A stretch of 64,000 nucleotides of DNA from Myxococcales bacterium (GTDB lineage: Bacteria > Myxococcota_A > UBA9042 > JABWCM01 > BTVJ01): the NCBI GenBank assembly GCA_045863395.1, contig BTVJ01000001.1, positions 320,001-384,000 of the forward strand. Reading direction: 5' to 3'. How positions within the stretch are numbered: position 1 is the stretch's first letter; every line of letters starts with the position of its first letter. Of the stretch, positions 36,815-49,161 are shown in pieces. The notes under the pieces are model-generated. The model did not search any database, was not told where the DNA came from, and was given only the letters and a program-made list of their open reading frames with translations. Both the position numbers and the translations under genes were made by a program.

Positions 36815-37111
36815 GGCGCCGATTCAGAGGCGCCCAGAGTCTTCGAGAGCGCTCGAAGGCAGGCAGACCCGCGCCGCTGGCCTGATCTCACGGAGCCGCC
36901 GATGAGGCGAGGCCAGGTGCCAGAAGATTGAGTCACTGCGGCCCCGCCGTGGGTCGTGGAGCCCTGGAACGACCGGGCACCCCTGCTGCCTGTGTCGCTC
37001 TTGGACTTCGTTTCGCTCGTCCAGTTCGTCCAATCAGTCGCTCTCACCCTGAACGCGCCAGTTGGCTCGTCCCTCGGGTAGGGCATCGAGTGTTCGAGAG
37101 AGAGGTTTGAG

Positions 37112-37588
37112 ATGTTCAAGTCCCTGCGCAGATTCGCTGTCACGTCGCTCTTCACCCTGTTCGCTGCGACCGTCCTGTTGGGGAATCAGCCCGTCGCCGA
37201 CGCCGGCCTCGGGACGTCGGTCGGTCTGATCGCCAATGTGGCCTATATCGGCAACATCTCCGATCTGGTCGTCAGCTTCCGCCTCGTTCATCGGACCACG
37301 GGCCAGGTGATGTGGCAGGCCGATCCGAACGATATCGACGGGGTCCGCACGGACACGGACCGGATTCGCTTCTCGACGCTGCTGGTCTCCGGCTGGTATG
37401 ACTACTCTTCGACCTATGAGTGGTCCTGCCGCATCGACGCCCGCGACGCCACGTCGCCGGTCTACTGGGTGGACTTCAAGCAGTGGGTGGACTCGACCTG
37501 GTATAGCTCGACGGTTCCCACGTCCAATTTCAAGGGGCGCACGTCCGAGGCCCTTCTCCTCGGCGAGGTGAACGCCTCCTACCTGTAG
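37112..37588 (+). CDS. Hypothetical secreted protein
   Basis: GAGAGG RBS, signal peptide ending VADA, aromatic beta-rich mature part, GC3-biased codons. Confidence 0.7.
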   Translation: MFKSLRRFAVTSLFTLFAATVLLGNQPVADAGLGTSVGLIANVAYIGNISDLVVSFRLVHRTTGQVMWQADPNDIDGVRTDTDRIRFSTLLVSGWYDYSSTYEWSCRIDARDATSPVYWVDFKQWVDSTWYSSTVPTSNFKGRTSEALLLGEVNASYL

Positions 37589-37636
37589 GTCGACCAATTG
37601 GGAGGGGGGGCTGGGGCGTCCCTGCTCGGGTCTGGA

Positions 37637-39034
37637 TCAGGCCAGCCGCTCCAGATCCCCGTCCGTGATGTTGTATTTGTCCAGCTTGTAGCGGATGGAC
37701 CGGAAGGAGATCCCCAGCAGCCGGGCGGCGTCCGTCTTGACCCCCCCCGTCCGGGCCAGGGCCTTCATCAGAAACTCCCGCTCGATGTCCGCCAGCATTC
37801 GCTCGAGGTCGCACCCCTCATCGGGGATCTCCATGTCTGCGCCCAGAGACGGCAGAGACTCTCGCTGCTGCGCCACGCTGCGCGGGAGACTCTGGATGGT
37901 CAGGACGTCCGACATCTCGAAGGTGACGGCGCGCTCGATGATGTTCTCCAGCTCGCGGACGTTTCCCGGGAAGTGGTAGCTCGCCAGAGCATCCAGGGCG
38001 TCGGGCGCGATGTGGAGGATGGACTTCCCCATCTCGTCGCAGAAGCGCTGAAGGAAGTGGGCGGCGATGAGCGGGACGTCCTCCCTGCGCTCGCGGAGAG
38101 GGGGCATGCGCACCTGGATGACGTTGAGGCGATAGAACAGATCCTCCCGAAAGCGGCCCGTGCGAATCTCCTCTTCGAGCTCCTTGTTGGTCGCCGCGAT
38201 GATGCGGACGTCCACGTCTGACTCCTGCACACCGCCGACAGGCTTGATGCGCCGCTCCTGCAACACCCGCAGCAGCTTGACCTGGAGCGGCAGGGTCAGC
38301 TCCCCCACCTCGTCGAGGAACAGCGTGCCGCCATGGGCGATCTCGAACAGGCCCTTCTTGTGGGCGATGGCGCCCGTGAAGGAGCCCTTGACGTGCCCGA
38401 AGAGCTCGCTCTCCATGAGGTTCTCGGGGATGGCCCCGCAGTTGATGACGACGAAGGGGTGATCCTTTCGCAGGCTGTTGTAGTGCAGCGCCTTGGCGAC
38501 CAGCTCCTTCCCCGTGCCGCTCTCCCCCGTGATCAGGACGCTGGTGCGGGTTCGCGCGACGCGCTCGACCAGGTCGAACACTTGCCGGATGCGCTCCGAG
38601 CGCCCTATGATGTTGCCGAAGGAGTATCTCTCGCGGAGCGCGTCGCGCAGCCGCTCGTTCTCGACGACCAGGCGGCGCTTGTCGAGGGCCTTGTCGATGA
38701 TCACCTTCAGCTCGTCGAGCTTGAAGGGCTTGGACACATAGTCGTAGGCGCCCTTCTTCAGGGCCTCGATGGCAGTCTCGATGGTCGAGTAGGCCGTCAT
38801 CAGGACCACCTGGGTGTCGGGCCAGCTCGCCTTGACGCGCTCCAGCACGTCGATGCCGCTGCCACGCGGCATCTTCAGGTCGGTGAGGACCAGGTCGAAC
38901 TCCGAGGCGTCGATGCGGGCGAAGGCGTCCTCGGCAGAGTTCGCGGTCTGCACCGCGTAGCCCTCCTTCTGGAGCAGGATCTCGAGGAACTCCCGCATGC
39001 TCGCTTCGTCGTCGACGATGAGGATCTGCTGCAT
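37637..39034 (-). CDS. pilR: Sigma54-dependent response regulator PilR
   Basis: REC domain, [42 protein letters not shown], Fis [13 protein letters not shown]. Confidence 0.92.
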   Translation of the reverse strand: MQQILIVDDEASMREFLEILLQKEGYAVQTANSAEDAFARIDASEFDLVLTDLKMPRGSGIDVLERVKASWPDTQVVLMTAYSTIETAIEALKKGAYDYVSKPFKLDELKVIIDKALDKRRLVVENERLRDALRERYSFGNIIGRSERIRQVFDLVERVARTRTSVLITGESGTGKELVAKALHYNSLRKDHPFVVINCGAIPENLMESELFGHVKGSFTGAIAHKKGLFEIAHGGTLFLDEVGELTLPLQVKLLRVLQERRIKPVGGVQESDVDVRIIAATNKELEEEIRTGRFREDLFYRLNVIQVRMPPLRERREDVPLIAAHFLQRFCDEMGKSILHIAPDALDALASYHFPGNVRELENIIERAVTFEMSDVLTIQSLPRSVAQQRESLPSLGADMEIPDEGCDLERMLADIEREFLMKALARTGGVKTDAARLLGISFRSIRYKLDKYNITDGDLERLA

Positions 39035-39037
39035 CGG

Positions 39038-40993
39038 TCAGGCTCCCAACCCCCGGAGGGCTTCGGGTCTCTCGGGGAGGGCCCCCGATGGGGTGGCGTC
39101 CGGGGCGATGTCCCCGACCGCGGCGGCGAGCTCGGGGAGATACACGTGGAACGTGGTCCCCTGGCGGACACGGCTGGTCACCTCGATGTGACCGTGGTGA
39201 TCGGCGATGATACGGAAGCTCGTCGCGAGGCCGAGCCCGGTCCCCCGCTCCTTCGTCGTATAGAACGGCTCGAACACCCGCTCGAGGTCGGACTGGGGAA
39301 TCCCGACGCCGGTGTCCATCACCATCACGTGCACATACGGCACGCCGCCCCGCAGCGCCCTCTCGATGCGCACGCGGATCGTGCCCCCGTCGGGCATGGC
39401 CTGTGATGCGTTCTTCAGGAGATTCCAGAACACCTGGCGCAGCCGCGCCGCGTCGCCCTCGATGACGGCGGCAGTCCCGTCCACCTCGAACTGGATGTCG
39501 ATGCCGCTCGTCCCCGGATCGTTCCTGAACACCTCGACGAGCTCCTCCAGGGACTGGCCGAGGCGCACGGTCAGCATCTCTGCCCGCCGGGGGCGGGCGA
39601 ACTCCAGGAAGTCCGAGATCCACAGATTGAGGTGGTCCGTCTCGCGGAGCACGATGTTCATGAGGCGGCCGCGCGTGTCCGGGTCCAGGCTGTCCTGCGC
39701 GAGGAGCTGCACGCTGCCGCTGATCGACGCGAGCGGGTTGCGGATCTCGTGCGCGATGCCCGCTGCCAGGCGACCGATCCCCGCGAGCTGCTCCGCCCGC
39801 TTCACCTGCGCCTCCATGTCCTTGAGGCGCGAGATGTCCTGGAAGATGAGCACCTGGCCGACGTGACTGCCCTCGGCATCTCGCAGGGGGGAGACGAACC
39901 ACTGCAGGTAGACCGTGCGACCGCGGAGAACCTGCACGGTCGTCTCCGTCGTGAGCGTGCCCCGCTTGTCCTCGTTGGACAGGATATGCCGCAGGTCGGG
40001 GAACAGGGCGTTGATGTCACTGCCGAGGACCTGGGTCTCCCGAAAGCCGGTGATCTGCTCTGCGACGGGGTTGAAGAAGGAGATCTTGCCGTCTCGGGTC
40101 GTCGTGACCAGCGCGCTCATGATGCTGGTGACGATGTTGTGATGGAGAGCGCGCAGATCCTCCAGGTCGTGGCGCGTCTCCCGGTGCTGGATGTCGCTCT
40201 TGCGGAGCTGCTCGCTCAGATAGCTGGCCAGAAGAGCGATTCCATAGAACGCGACCACGTTGATGACCAAGTTGTAGACCCGAGACGAGACCATGCTCAC
40301 GCCCCCACGGGGGTCGGACGCCCCAAGGAGGGAGAGGCTCGGTCCGTCCGGGACCAGGAGGCCAGGGAAGGGGATGACCCCGATCTCGACGAGCGCGATG
40401 AGCAGGAACAGCACCGCGGAGGCAGTGGCTACCAGCATCGCGCCGCGCCAGAACAGGAGGATGGACGCGTTGACGATGGTCAGGGAGAAGAAGAAGGTGA
40501 AGACGCTGTCCGTGCCGCCTGTGACGACGACCAGGCTCGCCGCGAGCAACGTGTCGCCGAAGAGCTGCACGAGGGTCTGGGAGATGAGCGCCCCGGCCGA
40601 GCGGAACAGGCGCAGCAGGATCACATAGACCAGGGATGCCAGGTACGTGGCGATGGCCACGGTCGTGATGAAGACATGGCTCTCGTCTGCGCCCACGAAG
40701 GTCGGGCGCTGGAGGTCGAAGACCAGCATCGCGCCCAGGAGGCAGGAGACCATGACGACCCGGAAGACGATCAGCCACTTCAGCTTTGTGGCGAGGCGCG
40801 GGTCGTGCTGCGGCGCCCCGGCGCGGGGCAGGCGAGGCGGCGTCACCCTGCCCGTGTGCCCGCGGTCGCTCCAGACGGACGTGCGCTCCAGGCTGCCACG
40901 GGACCGCTGCTCGCTGCGAGGGTCGACGCCGTGCGTGGCGCCTGCGGGTTCACCCTCGGCGGGGGAGGACGGCCTCGCGGGTTCGTGGGCCAC
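39038..40993 (-). CDS. pilS: Sensor histidine kinase PilS
   Basis: TM region (VTGGTDSVFTFFF), PAS domain, IAHEIRNPL, NLLKNA, DTGVGI, FYTTK..GTGLGL. Confidence 0.9.
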   Translation of the reverse strand: MAHEPARPSSPAEGEPAGATHGVDPRSEQRSRGSLERTSVWSDRGHTGRVTPPRLPRAGAPQHDPRLATKLKWLIVFRVVMVSCLLGAMLVFDLQRPTFVGADESHVFITTVAIATYLASLVYVILLRLFRSAGALISQTLVQLFGDTLLAASLVVVTGGTDSVFTFFFSLTIVNASILLFWRGAMLVATASAVLFLLIALVEIGVIPFPGLLVPDGPSLSLLGASDPRGGVSMVSSRVYNLVINVVAFYGIALLASYLSEQLRKSDIQHRETRHDLEDLRALHHNIVTSIMSALVTTTRDGKISFFNPVAEQITGFRETQVLGSDINALFPDLRHILSNEDKRGTLTTETTVQVLRGRTVYLQWFVSPLRDAEGSHVGQVLIFQDISRLKDMEAQVKRAEQLAGIGRLAAGIAHEIRNPLASISGSVQLLAQDSLDPDTRGRLMNIVLRETDHLNLWISDFLEFARPRRAEMLTVRLGQSLEELVEVFRNDPGTSGIDIQFEVDGTAAVIEGDAARLRQVFWNLLKNASQAMPDGGTIRVRIERALRGGVPYVHVMVMDTGVGIPQSDLERVFEPFYTTKERGTGLGLATSFRIIADHHGHIEVTSRVRQGTTFHVYLPELAAAVGDIAPDATPSGALPERPEALRGLGA

Positions 40994-40996
40994 GGA

Positions 40997-42214
40997 CTAC
41001 TGGCTCCCGGGTGCCATGCTGTCGGCCATGCTGAAGATTGGGGCGTACATGGCGAGGAGCACGAAGCCCACGATGCCGCCGAGGACGACCATGATCAGGG
41101 GCTCGATGAGCGACGTGATTGCGTCCACCGACTGGTCGACCTCGTCGTCGTAGAAGTCGGCGATCTTGGTGAGCATGATGTCCATGGCGCCCGTGGACTC
41201 GCCGACGGCGATCATCTGGACGACCATCTTCGGGAAGACGTTGTGCTCCATCAAGGGGGCGGCGATGGACTTGCCCTCGCTGATCTTCTCGCGCGTATAC
41301 ATGACCGCGTTCTCGACGACCTTGTTGCCGGCGGTGCGCGCGACGATCTCGAGGCTGTCCAGGATGGGCACGCCGCTGGAGATGAGCGTGCCCAGCGTGC
41401 GGGTGAACTTGGCGATGGCTGCCTTGCGGGCCAGGGTCCCGAAGATGGGGATGTGGAGGATCACGGTGTCGACGATCAGCCGCCCGCGCACCGACCGGTA
41501 GAACCACTTCCAGGCGACGACCAGCGCAATGAAGCCGCCGATGACCAGGGGCATGGACGCGAGCATGTTGTTCGACAGGTCCACCATGAACTGGGTGACC
41601 GCGGGGAGCTCGGTCTTGCCCATGCTCTTGAACATGCCCGCGAAGGTGGGGACCATCTTCCAGAGCAGCATGAACGTGATGCCCAGCGAGATGATCAAGA
41701 TGGTCATCGGATACTTCATCGCGGCCTTGACCTTCGCCTTGAGCTTCATGCTCTTCTCGGTGTAGGCCGCGAGCCGGTTGAGGATCGTGTCGAGGATGCC
41801 GCCCATCTCGCCGGCGCCCACGAGGTTCACGAACAGGTCGTCGAAGGTCTTGGGGTGCTTCTTCAGGGCCTCGGAGAAGGTCGAGCCGCTCTCCACCGAC
41901 ATCTTCACGCTCTGGAGGATGCGCCGGAAGTTGCGGTCCGGCTCCTGCGATGCGAGGAGCTCCAGGCACTGCACCAGGGGGAGGCCAGCGTCGATCATCG
42001 TCGCCATCTGGCGCGTGAAGACCACGATGGTCTTCTGGTTCACCGAGCGCGCGGGGAGTGGGATGCGGATCTCACCGAACTTGCGCTTGACCTTCGCGCC
42101 CGAGATCTGGCTCTCCCTGAGGCGGGTCTCCACCTCACCGGAGCTGGCGGCGTCCATGACGCCGCGCCGCACCTCGCCCTCCCGTGTCCTGCCCTCCCAC
42201 GCGAACGTCGCCAT
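40997..42214 (-). CDS. pilC: Type IV pilus platform protein PilC
   Basis: FTRQMATMIDAGLPL, GEMGGILD, AMKYP, KFTRTLGTLISSGVPIL, VGESTG, LIEP. Confidence 0.95.
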   Translation of the reverse strand: MATFAWEGRTREGEVRRGVMDAASSGEVETRLRESQISGAKVKRKFGEIRIPLPARSVNQKTIVVFTRQMATMIDAGLPLVQCLELLASQEPDRNFRRILQSVKMSVESGSTFSEALKKHPKTFDDLFVNLVGAGEMGGILDTILNRLAAYTEKSMKLKAKVKAAMKYPMTILIISLGITFMLLWKMVPTFAGMFKSMGKTELPAVTQFMVDLSNNMLASMPLVIGGFIALVVAWKWFYRSVRGRLIVDTVILHIPIFGTLARKAAIAKFTRTLGTLISSGVPILDSLEIVARTAGNKVVENAVMYTREKISEGKSIAAPLMEHNVFPKMVVQMIAVGESTGAMDIMLTKIADFYDDEVDQSVDAITSLIEPLIMVVLGGIVGFVLLAMYAPIFSMADSMAPGSQ

Positions 42215-42223
42215 GCGCTTCTC

Positions 42224-43345
<1,122 letters not shown>

Positions 43346-43450
43346 TCTCAGGCTCCTTCGGACAGAATGGTGACAGCGCAAGGCATCGGCCGCTCTCGAT
43401 TGCCCCCTGTGGTTGCTTGACGCCGCGAGACGATCACTCTGACGCGAGCG

Positions 43451-45301
43451 CTAGTCGGGGCGCGTGACGCGGAGCACCTCCTCGAGGGTCGTCATGCCCT
43501 CGAGGAGCTTGGAGAGCCCCGCCTGGCGCAGCGTCTTCATGCCGTGGCGCATGGCCTCGCGCTTCAGCTCGATGGACGAGTAGCCCTGGAGCACGCACTC
43601 CTTGATCTCGTCGTTGAGCGGCATGACCTCGTAGAGAGCGATGCGGCCCTTGAAGCCCGTGTCGTTGCAGTTGCGGCACCCGCGCCCCTTCATGATGACC
43701 GCGGTCGCCGCAACGTCCTCCGGCACGCCGGCCTCCATGAGGACCGCCGGATCCACGGGGATGGGCTCCTTGCACTCCTGGCAGATCTTGCGGGCGAGGC
43801 GCTGGGCAAGGATCAAGTTGAGCGCCGCCGTCACGAGGAACGGCTCCACGCCCATGTTCAGGAGGCGGTTGATGGTCGAGGGGGCGTCGTTGGTGTGCAG
43901 CGTCGAGAGCACGAGGTGGCCCGTGAGCGCGGCCTTGACGGCGATCTCCGCGGTCTCGAAGTCACGGATCTCTCCGATCATGATGATGTCCGGGTCCTGC
44001 CGCAGGAAGGACCGGAGCGAGGCCGCGAAGGACAGGCCGATGCCGTCGTGGACCTGCACCTGGTTGATCCCAGGCAGGTTGAACTCCACCGGATCCTCTG
44101 CGGTGGAGATGTTCTCGGAGCTCTTGTTGAGGTCCTGGAGCGCCGAGTAGAGGGTCGTGGTCTTGCCGGAGCCGGTCGGGCCAGTCACGAGCACCATGCC
44201 CCAGGGCTGGTGGATCGCGTACTGGAAGTTGTCCAGGGGCTGCTGCTCGAAGCCCAGCTTCGTCATGTCGAGCTGGAGGTTGGACTTGTCGAGGATTCGG
44301 AGGACGACCTTCTCGCCGAACAGGGTGGGGAGCACGCTGACGCGGAAGTCCACCTCCTTGTTGTCGCCCATGACCAGCTTGATGCGGCCATCCTGGGGCA
44401 GGCGCCGCTCGGCGATGTCGAGCTGCGCCATGATCTTGAGGCGCGACGTGATCGCGTTTCGCAGCTTCATGGGCGGGCGCATGATCTCGTAGAGCACGCC
44501 GTCGATGCGGTACCGCACGCGGAAGCTGTACTCGTAGGGCTCGACGTGGATGTCGCTCGCGCCGCGCTTGATGGCGTCGATGAGCAGCAGGTTGACCAGG
44601 CGGATGACCGGCGCCTCCTCGGCGTCCCGCATCGCCTGGTCGACGTCGATGCCCTCCTCCTCCTGGTCGACGCGGAACGCCGCCTGGTCGAGGATCTTGT
44701 CGAGCTCCGAGTCGGCCACGCTCCGGGTGTACTGGCCGTAGTACTGCTCCTGGGCCTTGCGGATGGCCGACTCGCTGGAGACGACCACCTCCACGTTGAA
44801 GCCGGTCAGGAACTTGATCTCGTCCATCGCGTAGATGTTCGCCGGGTCGGACATGGCGACGACGATGGAGTTACCGTCCTTGTTGATGGGGATGAGGCTG
44901 TGCTTCTCCGCCATCTCGCGGGAGATCAGCTTCAGCACCTCCTCGTCGACCTCCACCTCTTCCAGGGCCACGGAGGGGACACCGTACTGGCGGCTGAGGA
45001 AGGCGACGAGGTGCGACTCCTGGATGTAACCGAGTCGCGCGAGAGTGTAGGCCAGGTTGCGGCCCGTCTCGCCGGTCTTGCGCTGCGCGTCCTGGAGCTG
45101 CTCCGACGTGATCATCTTGTCGCGCAGCAGCAGCTCGCCCAGGCCCTGGGGCTCCATGCGGGCGGGCGCGTAGTCCGGGGCGCCGCGCGGTGGCTTCGCC
45201 GAGCGGTCCTCTGCCAGGCGCAGCTCGCCCGGGCCCTTGTAGTCGGTGGGCTTGGGGGGCGGTCCTCCGGGCGGGGTGCCGGGCGGGGTGGTCTCGGCCA
45301 T
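43451..45301 (-). CDS. pilB: Type IV pilus assembly ATPase PilB
   Basis: MshEN-like N-terminus, ASDIHVEP, ERRLPQDGRI, GPTGSGKTTTLY, RQDPD, two CxxC pairs. Confidence 0.96.
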   Translation of the reverse strand: MAETTPPGTPPGGPPPKPTDYKGPGELRLAEDRSAKPPRGAPDYAPARMEPQGLGELLLRDKMITSEQLQDAQRKTGETGRNLAYTLARLGYIQESHLVAFLSRQYGVPSVALEEVEVDEEVLKLISREMAEKHSLIPINKDGNSIVVAMSDPANIYAMDEIKFLTGFNVEVVVSSESAIRKAQEQYYGQYTRSVADSELDKILDQAAFRVDQEEEGIDVDQAMRDAEEAPVIRLVNLLLIDAIKRGASDIHVEPYEYSFRVRYRIDGVLYEIMRPPMKLRNAITSRLKIMAQLDIAERRLPQDGRIKLVMGDNKEVDFRVSVLPTLFGEKVVLRILDKSNLQLDMTKLGFEQQPLDNFQYAIHQPWGMVLVTGPTGSGKTTTLYSALQDLNKSSENISTAEDPVEFNLPGINQVQVHDGIGLSFAASLRSFLRQDPDIIMIGEIRDFETAEIAVKAALTGHLVLSTLHTNDAPSTINRLLNMGVEPFLVTAALNLILAQRLARKICQECKEPIPVDPAVLMEAGVPEDVAATAVIMKGRGCRNCNDTGFKGRIALYEVMPLNDEIKECVLQGYSSIELKREAMRHGMKTLRQAGLSKLLEGMTTLEEVLRVTRPD

Positions 45302-45447
45302 CTGCGACTTCCCTCCTGAAGCGCCGTGAGGCGCGTGGTCGACGGTGGTCCCCGCGCCTCCCCTGCTGCCCTGGGGGCCGGTGCCCTGGCGTCGCCTGGT
45401 GGCTCCTGCGCCAGGAGTTCGGGGGGTGTCAGCCGTCCTGACGGGTT

Positions 45448-45477
45448 ACGCTAGCGAATGCGCGGAACAAGTGTCAA
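45448..45477 (-). promoter_or_regulatory. Sigma70-like promoter for pilB
   Basis: Minus strand TTGACA-N18-TAGCGT; the -35 overlaps the trmFO stop codon. Confidence 0.55.
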
Positions 45478-46823
45478 GTTTCGTCACCGGCGTGACGCAA
45501 CGCGTCACCGCGGAGCGCCGCGAGGGCCTCCAGCCACGGCAGGAGCGCGCCCTCGGCGCGGTGCCTGTACATGGTCTTCTTGTCGCCCTTGCGCGCGCGA
45601 GCCGTGATCGCAGGGAACAGGGAGTAGTTGACGTTGGTCGGTTGGTAACCGTCACCCAGGTCGCAGGTCACGTGGCGGTGAAGGGCGCCCAGGGCCGTCT
45701 CCGCGGGGGGGAGCGGCGGCTCCTCGCCGCGCAGGCGGGCCCCGAGGAACAGCCCGGCGAGCAGGCCGCACGCCGTGGACTCCACGTAACCCTCGACGCC
45801 GGTGATCTGGCCAGCGAAGGTCAGGCGCTCGTCGGCGCGAAGGCGCAAGGTCTGGTCGAGCAGGCGGGGCCCGTGGATGTACGTGTTGCGGTGCACCGAG
45901 CCGTACCGCAGGAACTCGGCACCCTCGAGGCCGGGGATCGTGCGGAAGATGCGCCCCTGCTCGGGGTACTTGAGCTTGGTCTGGAAGCCGACCAGGTTGT
46001 AGGCCGTGCCCGCCGCGTTCTCGCGCCTGAGCTGCACCACGGCGAAGGGGCGGTGGCCAGTGAGCGGGTCCACCAGGCCAACCGGCTTCATGGGCCCGAA
46101 GGCAAGGCTCAGGGGGCCGCTCGCCGCGATGACCTCGATGGGCAGGCAGCCCTGGAAGTAGCGCGGCTCCTCGAAGTCACGCAGCGGGACCTTCTCGGCG
46201 TCGAGGATCGCGCGCACGAAGGCGTGGTACTGATCCTGGTCGAGGGGGCAGTTCAGGTAGTCGTCCCCCCCCTTGTCGTAGCGGGACTGGGCGAAGACGC
46301 GGGCCCTGTCCAGGCTGTCCGCGTCGACGATGGGGGCGATGGCGTCGTAGAAGTAGAGGCGCTCGGAGCCGGTCAGCGCCACGATGCGCGCCGCCAGCGC
46401 GTCGCTGGTCAGCGGCCCCGTCGCGATGATCGTCGGGGCGTCGGGCAGCGAGGTGACCTCCTCGCGGACCACGTGGATGCGGGGGTGACCGTCGATGGCG
46501 GAGGCGACGGCGGCGCTGAAGGCGTCCCGGTCCACGGCCAGGGCGTCGCCGGCGGGGACGGCGTTGGCGTCGGCCGCACCCAGGATGAGGCTCCCGGCGG
46601 CGCGGAGCTCCTGCTTGATCAGGCCGACGGCGTTGTCCGGGTTCCTGGACCGGAAGGAGTTGGAGCAGACCAGCTCCGCGAGGCCGTCGGTCTGGTGGGC
46701 CGGGCTCCTCCGGTGGGGACGCATCTCGTGGAGCTGGACGTGCAGGCCCAGGGTCGCGAGCTGCCAGGCGGCCTCGCAGCCGGCCAGGCCCCCGCCGACG
46801 ACATGGACGACGGGCGCCGTCAA
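45474..46823 (-). CDS. trmFO: Methylenetetrahydrofolate-tRNA (uracil-54) methyltransferase TrmFO
   Basis: [61 protein letters not shown] start overlaps the topA stop. Confidence 0.95.
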   Translation of the reverse strand: MTAPVVHVVGGGLAGCEAAWQLATLGLHVQLHEMRPHRRSPAHQTDGLAELVCSNSFRSRNPDNAVGLIKQELRAAGSLILGAADANAVPAGDALAVDRDAFSAAVASAIDGHPRIHVVREEVTSLPDAPTIIATGPLTSDALAARIVALTGSERLYFYDAIAPIVDADSLDRARVFAQSRYDKGGDDYLNCPLDQDQYHAFVRAILDAEKVPLRDFEEPRYFQGCLPIEVIAASGPLSLAFGPMKPVGLVDPLTGHRPFAVVQLRRENAAGTAYNLVGFQTKLKYPEQGRIFRTIPGLEGAEFLRYGSVHRNTYIHGPRLLDQTLRLRADERLTFAGQITGVEGYVESTACGLLAGLFLGARLRGEEPPLPPAETALGALHRHVTCDLGDGYQPTNVNYSLFPAITARARKGDKKTMYRHRAEGALLPWLEALAALRGDALRHAGDET

Positions 46824-49084
46824 GACAGCTTGCGGGTGTAGCCGCAGCTCTCGTTGGGACACACCACGTCGTTGCGGCCGCGGTACTTGCGCTCACCCAG
46901 GAAGGGGAAGTCGCACTGGGGGCACCTCTCGTCCGGAATCGGGCGATTCCAGGTCGCATAATCACACTTGGGGAAGGTTGAGCAGCTATAGAAGGTCTTT
47001 CCCTTCTTGCTCAGCTTCTCTGTCAGGTATCCTTTGCATCCCTCACGCGGACACGCGACGCCCACCGGGATGGGCATGGTGTGACGGCACTCGGGGTAGC
47101 CGCTGCACGCCAGGAAGCGACCGAACTTTCCGTTCTTGATGATCATGGGCCGGCCGCACTTCTCGCACCTCTGGTCGGTCTCCTCCGCCGCCTTCACTTG
47201 GACGGCGCCGGCGTCGTCGCGCACGTACTCCTTCGTGTTCTTGCACTCGGGGTATGCGGAGCAGCCGAGGAAGGACCCGTTTTTTCCGAACTTGATCACC
47301 ATCTTGGCGCCGCACTTCTCGCACTCGAGATCGGTGGGCAGCTCCTGGCGCTTGACGTCCCGCATCTCGCTCTTTGCGCGGGCCAGGGCGTCCTTGAAGG
47401 TGCCCCAGAAGGTGCCGAGCATTGCCTCCCAGTCCACCTGGCCGTCCTCGATGCTGTCGAGCTCGTCCTCCATCTGGGCAGTGAACTGGGCCGACAGGAT
47501 GCGGGGGAAGTTCTCGACCAGCAGGTCCGTGACGATGGTGCCGAGCTCCGTCGGGCGGAAGCGCCCCTTGTCGCGCTCCACGTACTCCTTGTCGAGGATG
47601 GTGCTGATGATGCTCGCGTAGGTGGAGGGGCGGCCGATGCCCTTCTCCTCCAGCTCGCGGATCAGCGACGCCTCGGTGTAGCGGGGAGGCGGCTGGGTGA
47701 AGTGCTGCTCGCCAGAGAGCGGCGACGCCAGCGTGAGCGCCTCGCCATCGGAGAGGGGCGGCAGCGGGTGGTTCTCGTCGTCGTCCTCGGTGGCGTCCTC
47801 GTCGCGGGTCTCCCGGTAGGCCGCCATGTAGCCGTCGAACTTGAGGATGGAGCCGCTCGCGCGGAACTGGTACGTGCGCTCCGTGCCCGCCGCGTCCACG
47901 TCCACCGAGGTGGAGTCGAAGACCGCGCCGTTCATCTGGCAGGCGATGTAGCGCTTCCAGATCAGGGAGTAGAGGCGGATCTGGTCATCGGAGAGGTACT
48001 GCTTCACCTTGTCGGGCGGGTAGTCCGTCGAGGTGGGGCGGATCGCCTCGTGCGCGTCCTGAGCGCCCTTCTTCGTCTTGTAGACGACGGGGGCGGCCGG
48101 GAGGTAGCGCTCGCCCCAGGTGTCGGCGATGAAGGTGCGCGCGGCCGCGAGGGAGTCGTCCGACAGGCGTGTGGAGTCGGTGCGCATGTAGGAGATCAGG
48201 GCCACCTGGCCCTCGGGGCCAAGCTCGACGCCTTCGTAGAGCTGCTGGGCGACCGACATGGTCTTCTTGGCGGTGAAGCGGTAGAGGCGCGAGGCCTCCT
48301 GCTGGAGCTTGCTCGTGATGAACGGAGGGGCCGGCGAGCGCCGCCGCTCCTTGCGCTGGACCGTGCCGACGGAGTAGCGGGCGCCCGCGAGGTCCGCCAG
48401 GATGGCGTCGGCCTGGGCGGCGTCACCGATGACGGCCTTGTCCTTTCCCACCTTGACGAGGCGCGCCGTGAACTGTGGGGGGACGGAGGCGCCGAGCAGG
48501 GCGTCGATGGTCCAGTACTCCTCGGTCTGGAAGGCCTGCACCTCCCGCTCGCGCTCGACCACGAGGCGCACGGCGACCGACTGGACCCGGCCGGCGGAGA
48601 GGCCGCGGCGCACCTTCTCCCACAGGAGGGGGCTGATCTCGTAGCCGACGAGGCGGTCGAGGATGCGCCGGGCCTGCTGGCTCTCGAAGAGGCGCTGGTC
48701 GAGGGGGCGCGGGTTCTCGATGGCGTACTGGACGGCCTTCTTCGTGATCTCGTTGAAGGTGATGCGCTGGACGTTGTCGTTCTGTTTGCTGATCTCATCC
48801 GCGATGTGCCAGGCGATGGCCTCACCTTCCCGATCAGGGTCGGGGGCGAGGTACACGACGGAGGCAGACCTGGCCGCGTCGCGGATCTTCTTGAGGACGT
48901 TGCTCTTGCCCCGGATGGGGACGTACTTCGGCTTGAAGTGATCGTCGACCTCGACGCCGAGCTCGTTCTTCGGGAGATCCTTCACGTGGCCGACGCTGGC
49001 CTCTACCACGAAGCCGTCCCCCAGGTACTTCTTGATGGTCTTCGCCTTCGACGGCGACTCCACGATGACCAGCGCCTTCGCCAT
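46820..49084 (-). CDS. topA: DNA topoisomerase I
   Basis: [52 protein letters not shown]-terminal zinc ribbons. Confidence 0.97.
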   Translation of the reverse strand: MAKALVIVESPSKAKTIKKYLGDGFVVEASVGHVKDLPKNELGVEVDDHFKPKYVPIRGKSNVLKKIRDAARSASVVYLAPDPDREGEAIAWHIADEISKQNDNVQRITFNEITKKAVQYAIENPRPLDQRLFESQQARRILDRLVGYEISPLLWEKVRRGLSAGRVQSVAVRLVVEREREVQAFQTEEYWTIDALLGASVPPQFTARLVKVGKDKAVIGDAAQADAILADLAGARYSVGTVQRKERRRSPAPPFITSKLQQEASRLYRFTAKKTMSVAQQLYEGVELGPEGQVALISYMRTDSTRLSDDSLAAARTFIADTWGERYLPAAPVVYKTKKGAQDAHEAIRPTSTDYPPDKVKQYLSDDQIRLYSLIWKRYIACQMNGAVFDSTSVDVDAAGTERTYQFRASGSILKFDGYMAAYRETRDEDATEDDDENHPLPPLSDGEALTLASPLSGEQHFTQPPPRYTEASLIRELEEKGIGRPSTYASIISTILDKEYVERDKGRFRPTELGTIVTDLLVENFPRILSAQFTAQMEDELDSIEDGQVDWEAMLGTFWGTFKDALARAKSEMRDVKRQELPTDLECEKCGAKMVIKFGKNGSFLGCSAYPECKNTKEYVRDDAGAVQVKAAEETDQRCEKCGRPMIIKNGKFGRFLACSGYPECRHTMPIPVGVACPREGCKGYLTEKLSKKGKTFYSCSTFPKCDYATWNRPIPDERCPQCDFPFLGERKYRGRNDVVCPNESCGYTRKLS

Positions 49085-49161
49085 CCTTCCTTCCCTATGC
49101 TCGTGATCCGGGGCCCCTGCTGTTGGGGCAGCAGGACAACTACACACGTCCAGGCCGCTCG

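Noticed and set aside
36054..37110. Known riboswitch (c-di-GMP-I/GEMM or cobalamin) near pilA
   Set aside because: Only fragments resemble the consensus; core motifs (GGCAAACC...GACGCAAAG; GGGAA..CGGTG) are absent by eye. Needs cmscan to settle.
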